NCBI GenBank assembly: GCA_031285625.1
Contig: JAITVV010000070.1
Location: 41,532-105,531 of the forward strand
Length of the DNA: 64,000 nucleotides
Source: Prevotella sp.
GTDB taxonomy: Bacteria > Bacteroidota > Bacteroidia > Bacteroidales > Dysgonomonadaceae
Direction: 5' to 3'
The notes under the pieces are model-generated. The model saw nothing but the letters and a program-made list of their open reading frames with translations, was not told where the DNA came from and did not search any database. The translations under genes and the position numbers were made by a program. How positions within the stretch are numbered: the first letter of the stretch is position 1; each line of letters starts with the position of its first letter. This document shows, one piece after another, positions 19,853 to 30,629 of this stretch.

Positions 19853-19937
19853 TTGTCATTCTGAACATAGTGAAGAATCTCTTCTCTTCTATCTATGAAA
19901 AATGGGTTGGGATGTTTCACTCCGTTCAACATGACAA
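19853..19937. repeat. REP-like palindromic element
   Basis: Imperfect inverted repeat ttgtcattctgaacatagtgaagaatct ... ggatgtttcactccgttcaacatgacaa. Confidence 0.7.
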
Positions 19938-19976
19938 AGAGAATTGAACGTAAAATAACTATATCAAATTTTAAAG

Positions 19977-22067
19977 ATGAAATATCGGTTTGCAGTCAGT
20001 CTGTCTATTGTCTTAATCACTTTATTTTCATTATCCTGTGATAATGAAAATAAAGAAATAACCTTTCTTTCCTTATTGCATGAGATGACTGATAGAGAGT
20101 CTACCAGCAAATATCCCGATCCGTACTATACAGCTAAGCAGTTTAGCAGCTATGATCGTGCTTCGGATACTGCCAGAATAGGATCTTTCTACTGGTTTGC
20201 AAACTGGGATTTTAGCCAGTTTTTACGTACGGAAGAAAATAATGGACGAAGGGAATTTGTATTGTTCGATGCGGAGGGTCCGGGAGCTGTTGTAAGATTC
20301 TGGATAACTGTAGCCCATTATAATGACAATGGTATACTACGGTTCTATCTGGATAAGTCGGAAAAACCTGTGATAGAAGGTGAAGTACTATCTCTTATTA
20401 GTGGTGGAAAACTGGTAGGTGATCCTTTGTCGGTATCTGTTTCCGAAACAACACCCTACAAACAGAGAGGGCATAATTTGTACCTGCCCATTCCTTATTC
20501 ACGACATTGTAAGATAACATATGAAACGCCCGGAATTATTGAAGCAGGAAGAAAACCTCCAGGTGAAAATTTTTTCTATAGTGTTGCATATAGGACTTAT
20601 GAAGAAGGTACTGACGTAAAAAGCTTTACAATGGAAGATCTGTTGCTCTATTCCGAAGATATAAAACTAACGCAGCAAAAACTTAAATCGGAACCTGATT
20701 TTTCCAATTTTACCAAAACAGAATCTGAAACTAAAAATATAAAAAGCAAGGATTCTGAAAATATGGTTTCTTTAGCAGGTACAAAAGCAATCAAAGGTAT
20801 CTCTGTTAAACTCACTGCCGAAGATTACGAACAAGCTTTGCGTTCGACAATACTTAAGATATCGTTTGATGGAAACCAGTCGGTATGGGCACCGGTAGGT
20901 GACTTTTTTGCAACAGGAAACCGTCTTTCTCCTTACCGTTCTTTTTATACTACTGTAACAGGAGATTCGATATTAGACTGTTATTGGGTGATGCCATTTA
21001 AAGACAAATGTGAAATTTCTCTGGAAAACTTAAACGGTAAACCTGTACAGGCATCACTTACAGTCTATTCATCGAATACCAAATGGGATAAAAACAGTAT
21101 GTATTTCGGTGCCGGATGGACAGAATATAACCGTAAGCACACGGGCGAAAAAAGGAGTATAGATGGATCGTATGGAGCCAGTGATATTAATTTTGTTACA
21201 CTTAATGGCAAAGGTATTTATGTGGGAGATGCTGTAACCATCTTCAACCCGATAGGTGACTGGTGGGGCGAAGGTGATGAGAAAGTATATGTGGATGGTG
21301 AAAGTTTTCCCTCGTTTTTCGGAACAGGGACAGAAGACTATTATGGTTATGCATGGTGTCTGCCAAACTTTTTTGAGCATCCGTTTATTGGCCAACCTGA
21401 TGGGCAGGGTGCATACCAACCCGGCCATGTCTCGAACCTGCGCTATAGGGGATTGGATGGGATCACTTTTGATAAATCCATTATATTTGATATGGAATTC
21501 TGGCATCAGGGTGGTACATATATAAACTATGCTGTGACGACTTATTGGTACATGTTGCCCGGAGGTAAAACCAACCGAAAGGAAGAGACTGCATTAGCTT
21601 CCTTGCCTATTGTAAAACATAAAAATGAACTGGTTAGCAATGTTCCTGACGAAAATGGGATCATTGAAGGCGAATACCTGAATATTAAAGTTCAGGGCGG
21701 TATGGAAAGAACCCAAAGCCTTATTGACTTTGAATGGCGCAACGGTACTCAATTCATCTGGCGCGAAGCTAATACGGGCGATATTGCATGGCTCGGGTTT
21801 GTAGCAAAAGATGAAGGTGTATATCAAATTAACTTTGAAATGACAACTGCTACAGACTATGGAAGGTTTGCACTTTACATTAACGATAAATTGGTAGAAC
21901 AGTCATTTAATGCATATAGCTCTGTATTGCAGATGAAAACCCTTATTTTGAAAAATATACAGCTTAGAAAAGGAGAGAATATATTAAAGGTGGTACAATT
22001 ACAGAGAGATCCGAAGGCTGTAAATACATTATTCGGACTGGATTATATGACTCTTATTAAAAAATAA
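19977..22067 (+). CDS. Long DUF2961/GH172 glycoside hydrolase, lipoprotein, with C-terminal beta-sandwich
   Basis: Lipobox FSLSC; motifs QFSSYDR, GPGAVVRFW, WWGEGDEK and GTGTEDYYG. Confidence 0.85.
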   Translation: MKYRFAVSLSIVLITLFSLSCDNENKEITFLSLLHEMTDRESTSKYPDPYYTAKQFSSYDRASDTARIGSFYWFANWDFSQFLRTEENNGRREFVLFDAEGPGAVVRFWITVAHYNDNGILRFYLDKSEKPVIEGEVLSLISGGKLVGDPLSVSVSETTPYKQRGHNLYLPIPYSRHCKITYETPGIIEAGRKPPGENFFYSVAYRTYEEGTDVKSFTMEDLLLYSEDIKLTQQKLKSEPDFSNFTKTESETKNIKSKDSENMVSLAGTKAIKGISVKLTAEDYEQALRSTILKISFDGNQSVWAPVGDFFATGNRLSPYRSFYTTVTGDSILDCYWVMPFKDKCEISLENLNGKPVQASLTVYSSNTKWDKNSMYFGAGWTEYNRKHTGEKRSIDGSYGASDINFVTLNGKGIYVGDAVTIFNPIGDWWGEGDEKVYVDGESFPSFFGTGTEDYYGYAWCLPNFFEHPFIGQPDGQGAYQPGHVSNLRYRGLDGITFDKSIIFDMEFWHQGGTYINYAVTTYWYMLPGGKTNRKEETALASLPIVKHKNELVSNVPDENGIIEGEYLNIKVQGGMERTQSLIDFEWRNGTQFIWREANTGDIAWLGFVAKDEGVYQINFEMTTATDYGRFALYINDKLVEQSFNAYSSVLQMKTLILKNIQLRKGENILKVVQLQRDPKAVNTLFGLDYMTLIKK

Positions 22068-22194
22068 TATCTGTCGAACTGGATGTCTTGCCAAGTAATT
22101 ATACAGGTTTAGCCTCTGCAACGGAGCAATGAAATAGCAGGTTTTTTATTGTTTTTATCTGTTACTTTCAATGATGAACTTGTATATAGACAAT

Positions 22195-22229
22195 TTTATC
22201 CTGCCAACATTCATTATTGGCAGGATAAA
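22195..22229. terminator. Hairpin terminator between convergent genes
   Basis: Inverted repeat tttatcctgccaa / ttggcaggataaa. Confidence 0.6.
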
Positions 22230-22255
22230 TATCATTTTGGGATATTGACGAAATC

Positions 22256-23005
22256 TTACAGTTTCAGATCAAAGTGGCTTAATATTATAAAAGCGGCAGC
22301 TATAATAACAAGCATTAGTATCAATGCCAAAAACAGACCTAATATTACCTTACTAATGGCGGTTAACCATGAAGAAGTCTTAAAAAATTGCACTAATCCC
22401 CATATAACATATATTTCAGACAAAACAAATACAAGCTTATATATTAAGATTGACTTTGTAAAATAGATTATGGGATAAAAGATCAGCAAAATAAGAATTC
22501 TGGCACCACTTATATAAGAAAAAAGAACAAGGTGTTCTATATAATTATAACGTTGTTTATGAAATAACAAATAGGTAAAAAAAGCGTAAAACGGTATAAG
22601 TACCAATAAGACTAAAGAGTAGTGTTCGAAATACCAATTATAGACAGGAATATACTCTAAGACAATATTCCCGTCATGTTTATTCATTTCCTCTAATGGG
22701 AAGAAGTGAAAAAAATGAAATATGAGGCTATAAATAACTCCCCAGACAATAAGGAATAAGAATGGCTTGGTGTATTTCACCCTTTTTCCTGCCAGATAGT
22801 TTTTTATGGTCATACCCGGTCTTAGCAACAGTTCTTTTGTAGTATATAGCAAGCCCTTATTGATATGTAATAATCCATATTGTAACTCTTCCGCCAAATG
22901 TTTAGCATTTACGCGAGAAGTACGGGCAGATTGTCCGCATTTACTACAGAAATTATCATTTAGTACATTATTACAATTCAAACAATGGCGAACATTCTTA
23001 TGCAT
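22256..23005 (-). CDS. DUF3667 membrane protein
   Basis: N-terminal CLNC...FCSKCGQ, then LLLRPG, YLAGKRVKY and a multi-TM C-terminus. Confidence 0.8.
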   Translation of the reverse strand: MHKNVRHCLNCNNVLNDNFCSKCGQSARTSRVNAKHLAEELQYGLLHINKGLLYTTKELLLRPGMTIKNYLAGKRVKYTKPFLFLIVWGVIYSLIFHFFHFFPLEEMNKHDGNIVLEYIPVYNWYFEHYSLVLLVLIPFYAFFTYLLFHKQRYNYIEHLVLFSYISGARILILLIFYPIIYFTKSILIYKLVFVLSEIYVIWGLVQFFKTSSWLTAISKVILGLFLALILMLVIIAAAFIILSHFDLKL

Positions 23006-23128
23006 CCGTTATGAAAATTATTTAATATATAAAACAGTATTCCATTAAATTGGTTTAACACGATTTCTAATTCTCATATGAATGATATAATTTAGTACTC
23101 TGTGATTGTCTCATACATGTTTTTTTAA

Positions 23129-23136
23129 TACATTTG
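23129..23136 (+). promoter_or_regulatory. -7 promoter element of prfB
   Basis: TACATTTG about 40 nt upstream of the ATG at 23174. Confidence 0.6.
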
Positions 23137-23173
23137 CACCTCAAAATATTTTGAATAACTAAATTATAATCTT

Positions 23174-24287
23174 ATGATTACTGCAGACCAACTCAAAGAA
23201 GTGTTGGAGCGCGAGGACGCGCTGAGGAGGCATCTTTGACGTCGATGCGAAAAAAATACAACTTGAAGAAGAAGAATTAAGGACCCAGGCTCCGGGATTT
23301 TGGGATGATGCAAAAACAGCTGAAGCCCAAATGAAAATTATCCGCGGATTGAAAGGCTGGATACAAGGATATACCGAAGTAAAAGGAGCTACCGAAGAGC
23401 TACAACTCGCTTTTGACTTTCTTAAAGAAGGAATAACTTCTGAGGAAGAGGTTGATGAAGCATATAAAAAAGCATTGGAACTGGTTGAAAATCTTGAGTT
23501 AAAGAACATGCTTCGCCGCGAAGAGGATAAACTCGGAGCCGTACTAAAGGTGAATAGTGGCGCAGGAGGAACCGAAGGGCAGGATTGGGCATCCATGCTA
23601 TTCCGCATGTATCAGCGCTGGTGCGAAGCTAAAGGTTATAAAATCACTATAACAAACTGGCAGGATGGAGATGAAGCCGGTATAAAAACAGCCACTTTGC
23701 AAGTAGAAGGTGAATATGCCTATGGATATTTAAAATCCGAAAACGGAGTTCATCGCCTTGTACGGGTATCGCCCTACAACGCACAGGGGAAACGCATGAC
23801 ATCTTTTGCATCGGTATATGTGGTTCCATTAGTAGATGACACTATCGAAATTGAAGTTAATCAGTCCGATATTACCTGGGATACATTCCGCTCAAGCGGT
23901 GCAGGAGGACAAAATGTAAATAAAGTAGAAACAGGAGTCCGTCTACACTACAAATACAAAGATCCTGATACCGGGGAAGATAAAGAGATTGTAATAGAAA
24001 ATACCGAAAGCCGTTCCCAATTTGGAAATAAGGATAATGCAATACGACTATTGAAGTCGCAGCTTTACGAAATGGAGCTGGAAAGACGTAGCCGTGAGCA
24101 ATCGAAAATAGAAGCCGGGAAGAAAAAAATAGAGTGGGGATCACAAATCCGCAGCTATGTTTTTGATGACAGGCGGGTTAAAGATCACCGCACAAATTAC
24201 CAAACATCTAATGTAAACGCTGTGATGGACGGGGACTTAGATGATTTTATAAAAGCATACTTAATGGAGTACGGCGAAGAAGCCTGA
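23174..24287 (+). CDS. prfB: Peptide chain release factor 2 with programmed +1 frameshift
   Basis: ATG at 23174 encodes MITADQLKEVLEREDALRRHL, ending in CTT TGA C (23234-23240). The +1 frame continues into the track ORF with SPY and GGQ motifs. Confidence 0.95.
23225..23240 (+). promoter_or_regulatory. RF2 autoregulatory frameshift signal
   Basis: AGGAGG (23225-23230), a 3-nt spacer, then CTTTGAC. Confidence 0.92.
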
Positions 24288-24311
24288 TCCACTCACTAAA
24301 AAACCTTAATT

Positions 24312-27083
24312 ATGACCAGGAAGACATATCTGAAATGTGTCTTTCTTGGTATTGCATTTTTATTATTGGCAATACCGGGAAATGCACAAAAAAAAGTATT
24401 GGACCATACGGTTTACGACTCATGGAAGAGTATCTCTAACACAGGAATAACAAATGATGGTAGTTTCTCAGTTTGTGTGGTGAAAGAGCAGGAAGGAGAC
24501 GAATATTTGTTAATTAACAACCTGAAAACGAATAAAAGTTTTATTGTTCCACGTGCATACACTTTCTCCATATCTCCCGACCAGAAATCTGTTATAGCTA
24601 AGATAAAAGCGCCTTTCGCAGACATACGTCAGGCTAAAATAAAAAAAACAGCTGATGAGAAAATGCCTAAAGATTCACTGGCTATCATTATACTTAAAGA
24701 TTTCTCAGTGACTAAAATACCTAATGTAAAAGATTATCGGACGGGGAAAGATTTTTCTGAATATATTGCCTATACTATCGATGATTCGGCCAAAGTAAAA
24801 GATAAAAAAGAGATCAAAGCGCGAACTTTGGTTCTTCGTAATCTACACACTGCAAAAGAAGATACAATAAAACATACTACAGAATACCTGTTTAGCCGCA
24901 ATGGAAAAAGCTTTTCTACAATACTAAAGCCAAGTGAAAAAGACTCGATTAACAAACCTGCGGTTTTGTTTGTAAATTTATCTAACCTTTCAAAGGATAC
25001 TGTATCTCTGGGGAAAACAATCTATAAAAGTATTTCTTTATCCGAGTCGGGAAGTAAGCTAATATTCCTTGCAACGACTGACAGCCTGAAAAAAGAAATA
25101 AAAGAGTACAATCTCTTCTATTTCGATTCAAGTATGGATTCGGCAAAATTAATAGCTGATAAGAATAAAAATGGGATACCCGATAAATGGTCCATTAGTG
25201 ATAACTACAGACCAACATTTAGTAAAAACGAGAAGCGTTTACTAATGGGTATTGCTCCTATAGTATTACCTAAAGACACGACTATCCCTGACTTTGAAAA
25301 AGCACAGCTGGACCTATGGCATTGGCAAGAACCGCAAATCCAGCCGATGCAACTGGTACAAAAAGAAAAAAAGCTAAAGCAAACATATCTTTCCTATATA
25401 GACTTAAACAATGAGCAGTTCTATCAACTGGGCACTGAAGAGATTCCTGAAATAACCATTTCTGATGAGAATAATGGTAGATATGCATGGGGAACTTCGA
25501 ATTTAAGATATCAGTTGGAATCACAATGGGATGTTTGGGCCAATTCAACAAATGATATATGGTTATTTGACTTAGAGAATAACACAAAGAAGCAAATAAA
25601 GACAGGGCTGAGATCAGTATTATATTTTTCACCTCAAGGAAATTATCTGGCTTGGTATAATCCTGAGGATAGAAAATATTATGCTTATTCTTCAGAAACA
25701 GGAAAAGAAACCTGCCTGACAGATAAGTTAAATATAAACTTCTGGAATGAAAAAACTGATACTCCTATGTTACCATATCCTTATGGCATTGCAGCATGGA
25801 TGGATGGTGATAAATACATACTTGCTTATGACAAATATGATATATGGAAACTTGATCCTAGAGGTATACAGAAACCCGAAAACTTGACGAAAAATATTGG
25901 GCGTGAAAAGAAGGTCAGGCTTCGTTATATCAAAACCGATCCGGAAAGCCGATTTATAAAACCAGATGAGAAGCTATTGTTGAGAGCTTTTGATGAAACA
26001 ACTAAGGAGACAGGCCTCTATGAACTCTACAAATCGAAGCTGATCTCTCTGAAAATGGACAAATACACCTATTCCATACCGGTAAAAGCAAAAGACAAAG
26101 AAGTATATTGTTTCACAAAAGGCAACTTCAATACATCGCCCGACTTGTACATAACCTATGATTTATGGAAAACAGAAACAAAATTGTCTGACATTAATCC
26201 TCAAATGAAAGAATATAACTGGGGGACAGCTGAATTAATGTCATGGACTATGTTTGATGGTAAGCCGACTCAAGGTATCATATATAAGCCTGAAAATTTT
26301 GATCCTACAAAAAAATATCCGGTAATGGTTTATTTTTATGAACAACATACCGATAATCTTTATCAACACTTTCCTCCTGCGCCAAGTCGTTCTATCATCA
26401 ACATTCCATTCTATTGCAGCAGAGGATATATTGTATTCACCCCTGATATTGTATACACAACAGGACATCCTGGAGAGAATGCCTACAATGCGATTGTTTC
26501 AGGAGCACAGGAGCTTGCCAAGAATCCGTGGGTAGATAAAGACAACATGGCCCTCCAAGGCCAGAGCTGGGGTGGATACCAGACTGCATATCTGATAACA
26601 CGTACAAATATGTTTAAAGCAGCTGGAGCAGGAGCTCCTGTTTCCAATATGTTCAGTGCCTATGGTGGAATCAGGTGGGATACGGGAATGAGCCGCCAAT
26701 TCCAGTATGAGCAAACACAATCCCGCATCGGTGCTACCATGTGGGAAGCACCCGAGTTATATAAGGAAAACTCTCCTATATTTTTTGCAGACAAAGTACA
26801 AACACCATTATTGATCATGCACAATGACAAAGATGGAGCCGTGCCATGGTATCAGGGAATAGAATATTTTATGGCTCTTCGCCGTTTGGGAAAACCGGTC
26901 TGGATGCTGCAATACAACAATGAGGCCCATAACCTGAAAGAAAGAAGAAATTGCAAAGACTTATCAATACGCCTGCAACAATTCTTTGATCACTACCTGA
27001 AAGGTGATCCCATGCCCGTTTGGATGAAAACCGGAGTTCCGGCCATAGAAAAAGGCAAAACATATGGATTTGAATTGGAATAA
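24312..27083 (+). CDS. S9-family (prolyl oligopeptidase-like) serine peptidase, secreted
   Basis: Signal peptide, nucleophile motif GQSWGG, and DGAVPW and EAHN for the catalytic Asp and His. Confidence 0.9.
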   Translation: MTRKTYLKCVFLGIAFLLLAIPGNAQKKVLDHTVYDSWKSISNTGITNDGSFSVCVVKEQEGDEYLLINNLKTNKSFIVPRAYTFSISPDQKSVIAKIKAPFADIRQAKIKKTADEKMPKDSLAIIILKDFSVTKIPNVKDYRTGKDFSEYIAYTIDDSAKVKDKKEIKARTLVLRNLHTAKEDTIKHTTEYLFSRNGKSFSTILKPSEKDSINKPAVLFVNLSNLSKDTVSLGKTIYKSISLSESGSKLIFLATTDSLKKEIKEYNLFYFDSSMDSAKLIADKNKNGIPDKWSISDNYRPTFSKNEKRLLMGIAPIVLPKDTTIPDFEKAQLDLWHWQEPQIQPMQLVQKEKKLKQTYLSYIDLNNEQFYQLGTEEIPEITISDENNGRYAWGTSNLRYQLESQWDVWANSTNDIWLFDLENNTKKQIKTGLRSVLYFSPQGNYLAWYNPEDRKYYAYSSETGKETCLTDKLNINFWNEKTDTPMLPYPYGIAAWMDGDKYILAYDKYDIWKLDPRGIQKPENLTKNIGREKKVRLRYIKTDPESRFIKPDEKLLLRAFDETTKETGLYELYKSKLISLKMDKYTYSIPVKAKDKEVYCFTKGNFNTSPDLYITYDLWKTETKLSDINPQMKEYNWGTAELMSWTMFDGKPTQGIIYKPENFDPTKKYPVMVYFYEQHTDNLYQHFPPAPSRSIINIPFYCSRGYIVFTPDIVYTTGHPGENAYNAIVSGAQELAKNPWVDKDNMALQGQSWGGYQTAYLITRTNMFKAAGAGAPVSNMFSAYGGIRWDTGMSRQFQYEQTQSRIGATMWEAPELYKENSPIFFADKVQTPLLIMHNDKDGAVPWYQGIEYFMALRRLGKPVWMLQYNNEAHNLKERRNCKDLSIRLQQFFDHYLKGDPMPVWMKTGVPAIEKGKTYGFELE

Positions 27084-27250
27084 AATGGTATTAAATTAGT
27101 TATATTTGTAATTAATATACAGGACCTTATTTTCGTCAATGAGTGACTTTATCAAGTATATGAACAATCTGATATAGAAGGTAGTTATAAGAGACTATTA
27201 AACTTTTAATTAATTTACATGTCTAAGTATTTAAAACATACAAAACAAAT

Positions 27251-27889
27251 ATGAAAACAAGACTATTTACACTGATAACTCTTTTTACCTTTATACTTTC
27301 TGCGTCTGCTCAGGATGCCCGTTCAATTCTGGATAAGGCTTCAGAAGCATATAGTAAAGCCGGTGCGGTAACTGTTACATTTACACTAGACTCTAAAGAC
27401 ACCAAAGCGAAAACAACTTATAGCTATGATGGTAAAGCATTTATGAAGGGTGATAAATTTAAACTGGAGATACCTGATGCCGTTACCTGGTTTGATGGAA
27501 CAACACAATGGGTATATGTAAAAGATACTGAAGAGGTAAACATAAGCAATCCTACCGGAGAGGAGCTTCAGGGTATCAGTCCATCTGTACTTTTCAGTAT
27601 ATATAAGAAAGGATATAATCTGACATATAAAGGAGAAAAAAAATTAGGAGGGAAAACTGTACAGGAGGTTGAGCTTACCCCTCAGAAGAAAAATGCTGAT
27701 ATAGCAAAGATCGTAGTACAAATAGATAAAGCCAACAATACCTTTCATAAAATAAGCCTGACAGATAAAGTTGGTATGCTGAATTCATTGACTATAAATA
27801 GCTATCAAACAGGTGGTAATATACCTGATTCTACATTCTCATTTAATAAAAAAGAATATCCTAGAGCGGAAATTGTAGACCTCAGGTAA
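27251..27889 (+). CDS. LolA-like outer-membrane lipoprotein carrier
   Basis: Signal peptide; motifs KGDKFKL, WFDGTTQWVY, EVNIS and C-terminal IVDLR. Confidence 0.8.
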   Translation: MKTRLFTLITLFTFILSASAQDARSILDKASEAYSKAGAVTVTFTLDSKDTKAKTTYSYDGKAFMKGDKFKLEIPDAVTWFDGTTQWVYVKDTEEVNISNPTGEELQGISPSVLFSIYKKGYNLTYKGEKKLGGKTVQEVELTPQKKNADIAKIVVQIDKANNTFHKISLTDKVGMLNSLTINSYQTGGNIPDSTFSFNKKEYPRAEIVDLR

Positions 27890-27997
27890 AATAGATTGTA
27901 TTTATCTATCCATAAAAAAATAGAAATGGATAAATTTTGATCACATAAATTTATTCTATATCTTTACATAAAATATAAACAAAACATATAAAACAGC

Positions 27998-28939
27998 ATG
28001 AACGAAAAAGTACGTTGCCTTATTATCGGCTCAGGTCCTGCAGGTTATACTGCTGCGATCTATGCATCGAGAGCAAACTTATCACCCGTGTTATATGAAG
28101 GGATACAACCCGGAGGGCAGTTAACGACCACTACAGAAGTGGAAAACTTTCCCGGATATCCTGAAGGTATTACTGGTCCCGAATTGATGGAGGACTTGAA
28201 AAAACAAGCTAGCCGTTTTGGGGCAGATATTCGTTTTGGAATTGCTACTGCTGTAGACTTCACAAGTTATCCCAGAAAAGTAACAATTGATGGGGAGAAA
28301 GTAATCGAAACAGATACTGTTATAATTGCCACGGGAGCCAGTGCTAAATACTTAGGTCTTCCTGATGAATCAAAATATGCAGGAATGGGAGTCTCTGCCT
28401 GTGCAACCTGTGATGGCTTTTTCTATCGTAAGAAAACTGTAGCCGTTGTTGGAGGTGGCGATACCGCTTGTGAAGAAGCGATCTATCTGGCAGGTCTTGC
28501 AGAAAAGGTATATCTAATTGTTCGTAAGCCATTTCTTCGTGCATCGAAGGTAATGCAAGACAGAGCTATGCAAAATCCAAAGATTGAGATTCTATTTGAA
28601 TGTAATGCAGTAGGCTTATTCGGTGATAACGGGGTTGAAGGAGCCCACATCGTAAAACATCAGGGAGAAGCTAACGAAGAAAAATTCGATATTAAAATTG
28701 ATGGATTCTTCCTTGCAATAGGACATAAACCAAATACAGATATATTTAAAGATCAGATTAATCTGGATTCGGTAGGATATATTATTACAACTCCAGGAAC
28801 GCCTAAGACATGCGTTGAAGGTATTTTTGCTGCAGGAGATGTGGCAGACCCTACTTATCGACAGGCTATAACTGCAGCAGGTAGTGGTTGTCAGGCAGCT
28901 ATAGAAGCAGAAAGATATTTAAGCGAAAGAGGATTATAA
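27998..28939 (+). CDS. trxB: Thioredoxin reductase
   Basis: Motifs GSGPAG, CATCDG, GGGDTA and FAAGDV. Confidence 0.96.
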   Translation: MNEKVRCLIIGSGPAGYTAAIYASRANLSPVLYEGIQPGGQLTTTTEVENFPGYPEGITGPELMEDLKKQASRFGADIRFGIATAVDFTSYPRKVTIDGEKVIETDTVIIATGASAKYLGLPDESKYAGMGVSACATCDGFFYRKKTVAVVGGGDTACEEAIYLAGLAEKVYLIVRKPFLRASKVMQDRAMQNPKIEILFECNAVGLFGDNGVEGAHIVKHQGEANEEKFDIKIDGFFLAIGHKPNTDIFKDQINLDSVGYIITTPGTPKTCVEGIFAAGDVADPTYRQAITAAGSGCQAAIEAERYLSERGL

Positions 28940-28957
28940 CTCTATATTGTGTGATAG

Positions 28958-28992
28958 AAAAGAGCCGGATTATAGTATAATCCGGCTCTTTT
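28958..28992. terminator. Bidirectional intrinsic terminator between trxB and ffh
   Basis: aaaagagccggattata-g-tataatccggctctttt. Confidence 0.85.
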
Positions 28993-29013
28993 AATTTAAT
29001 ATATTTATCCTTA

Positions 29014-30333
29014 TTATCGTCTCATTTTTGGCATATTGCCACCTTTCATCTGAGTCATCATTTTCATCATTTTACGGGTCTGATCAAATTGCTTGATCAA
29101 TTTATTTACCTCTTGTATAGATGTTCCGCTACCACTGGCAATGCGTTGACGGCGGCTACCATTCAATATCTCAGGGTTTGAACGTTCTTTTGGCGTCATC
29201 GAATAGATAATAGCTTCAATGCTTTTGAATGCATCATCGTCAATGTCAAGATCTTTAATAGCTTTACCAACCCCCGGTATCATAGATGCCAGATCTTTCA
29301 GGTTACCCATTTTCTTGATCTGCTGTATTTGTCCGATGAAATCGTTAAAGTCAAACTGATTTTTTGCTATCTTCTTTTGCAGACGGCGTGCTTCTTCCTC
29401 ATCATATTGTTCCTGTGCTCTTTCTACAAGTGAAACAATATCACCCATACCGAGGATACGGTCAGCCATACGTTCAGGATGGAAAACATCAAGTGCATCC
29501 ATTTTTTCACCTGTACCTACAAATTTAATAGGCTTATCAACAACTGAGCGTATAGAAAGTGCAGCACCACCACGGGTATCACCATCAAGCTTTGTTAATA
29601 CAACACCATTAAAATTTAATCTGTCATTGAATTCTTTAGCTGTATTCACAGCATCCTGGCCTGTCATTGAGTCTACAACAAAGAGAATTTCGTCGGGTTT
29701 TACAGCATCTTTGATAGCTGTAATTTCTTTCATCATCTCTTCGTCGATAGCTAAACGACCTGCAGTATCTATAATAACAAGATCGTTACCATTCTGTTTA
29801 GCTTGCTTGATACCATTCTGGGCAATCTGCACAGGATTTTTATTACCTTCTTCGAAGTATACAGGAACACCTATTTGTTCTCCGAGTATCTTTAACTGCT
29901 CAATAGCTGCAGGACGATAAACGTCACCGGCAACTAGTAATGGATTTTTACCTTTTTTCGATTTGAGCATTTTGGCCAGCTTTCCCGAGAAAGTTGTCTT
30001 TCCCGAGCCTTGTAAACCGGACATTAAAATAATGGCAGGGTTTCCTTTCAGATTTACGTCTGCGGCTGTACCTCCCATTAATGCAGCTAGTTCATCATGA
30101 ACTATTTTTACCATCAACTGCTCCGGTTTAACGGCTGTAAGTACATTTTGTCCTAAAGCCTTTTCTTTTACAGTTTCAGTAAATTGTTTTGCTGTTTTAT
30201 AGTTGACGTCGGCATCCAATAGCGCACGACGTACATCTTTTAGCGTTTCTGCTACATTTATCTCGGTGATTTTACCTTCACCTTTCAGAATTTTAAACGA
30301 ACGTTCTAATCTACTACTTAGACTTTCAAACAT
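29014..30333 (-). CDS. ffh: Signal recognition particle protein
   Basis: Motifs [14 protein letters not shown] and TKLDG, plus a Met-rich M domain. Confidence 0.97.
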   Translation of the reverse strand: MFESLSSRLERSFKILKGEGKITEINVAETLKDVRRALLDADVNYKTAKQFTETVKEKALGQNVLTAVKPEQLMVKIVHDELAALMGGTAADVNLKGNPAIILMSGLQGSGKTTFSGKLAKMLKSKKGKNPLLVAGDVYRPAAIEQLKILGEQIGVPVYFEEGNKNPVQIAQNGIKQAKQNGNDLVIIDTAGRLAIDEEMMKEITAIKDAVKPDEILFVVDSMTGQDAVNTAKEFNDRLNFNGVVLTKLDGDTRGGAALSIRSVVDKPIKFVGTGEKMDALDVFHPERMADRILGMGDIVSLVERAQEQYDEEEARRLQKKIAKNQFDFNDFIGQIQQIKKMGNLKDLASMIPGVGKAIKDLDIDDDAFKSIEAIIYSMTPKERSNPEILNGSRRQRIASGSGTSIQEVNKLIKQFDQTRKMMKMMTQMKGGNMPKMRR

Positions 30334-30463
30334 ATTGTATGGTTGTTATTTATATTCAAAATTAAGGACTCGTACCTATTTGTTATCCATCCAAGTATAA
30401 CTATGGATGACAGTGATAACTATGAATGTGAGTTTTAATAATTAACGCCTACTTATAGGTGCA

Positions 30464-30471
30464 CAAAGATA
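30464..30471 (-). promoter_or_regulatory. -7 promoter element of ffh
   Basis: TATCTTTG on the minus strand. Confidence 0.55.
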
Positions 30472-30577
30472 TAAACTTTTGGTATAAAGTAAAAAACTCA
30501 TTATAGTTTTCTTATATATGAAGTTACAAACTATATAATAACTTTGATGTGGACTAGAATTATATCATCGCAAAATA

Positions 30578-30610
30578 GAAAAGCTGCCTAAATATGTTAG
30601 GCAGCTTTTC
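30578..30610 (-). terminator. Intrinsic terminator after ino1
   Basis: Inverted repeat gaaaagctgcctaa / ttaggcagcttttc. Confidence 0.8.
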
Positions 30611-30629
30611 ATTATTATAAGATTATTGT

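Noticed and set aside
22149-22466. 105-aa plus-strand ORF
   Set aside because: It spans a terminator hairpin and is antisense to the DUF3667 gene.
23159-23608. 149-aa minus-strand ORF
   Set aside because: It is an antisense shadow of prfB.
30334-30463. Structured ffh leader or SRP RNA
   Set aside because: Only a weak hairpin is present, and no SRP domain IV consensus is visible.
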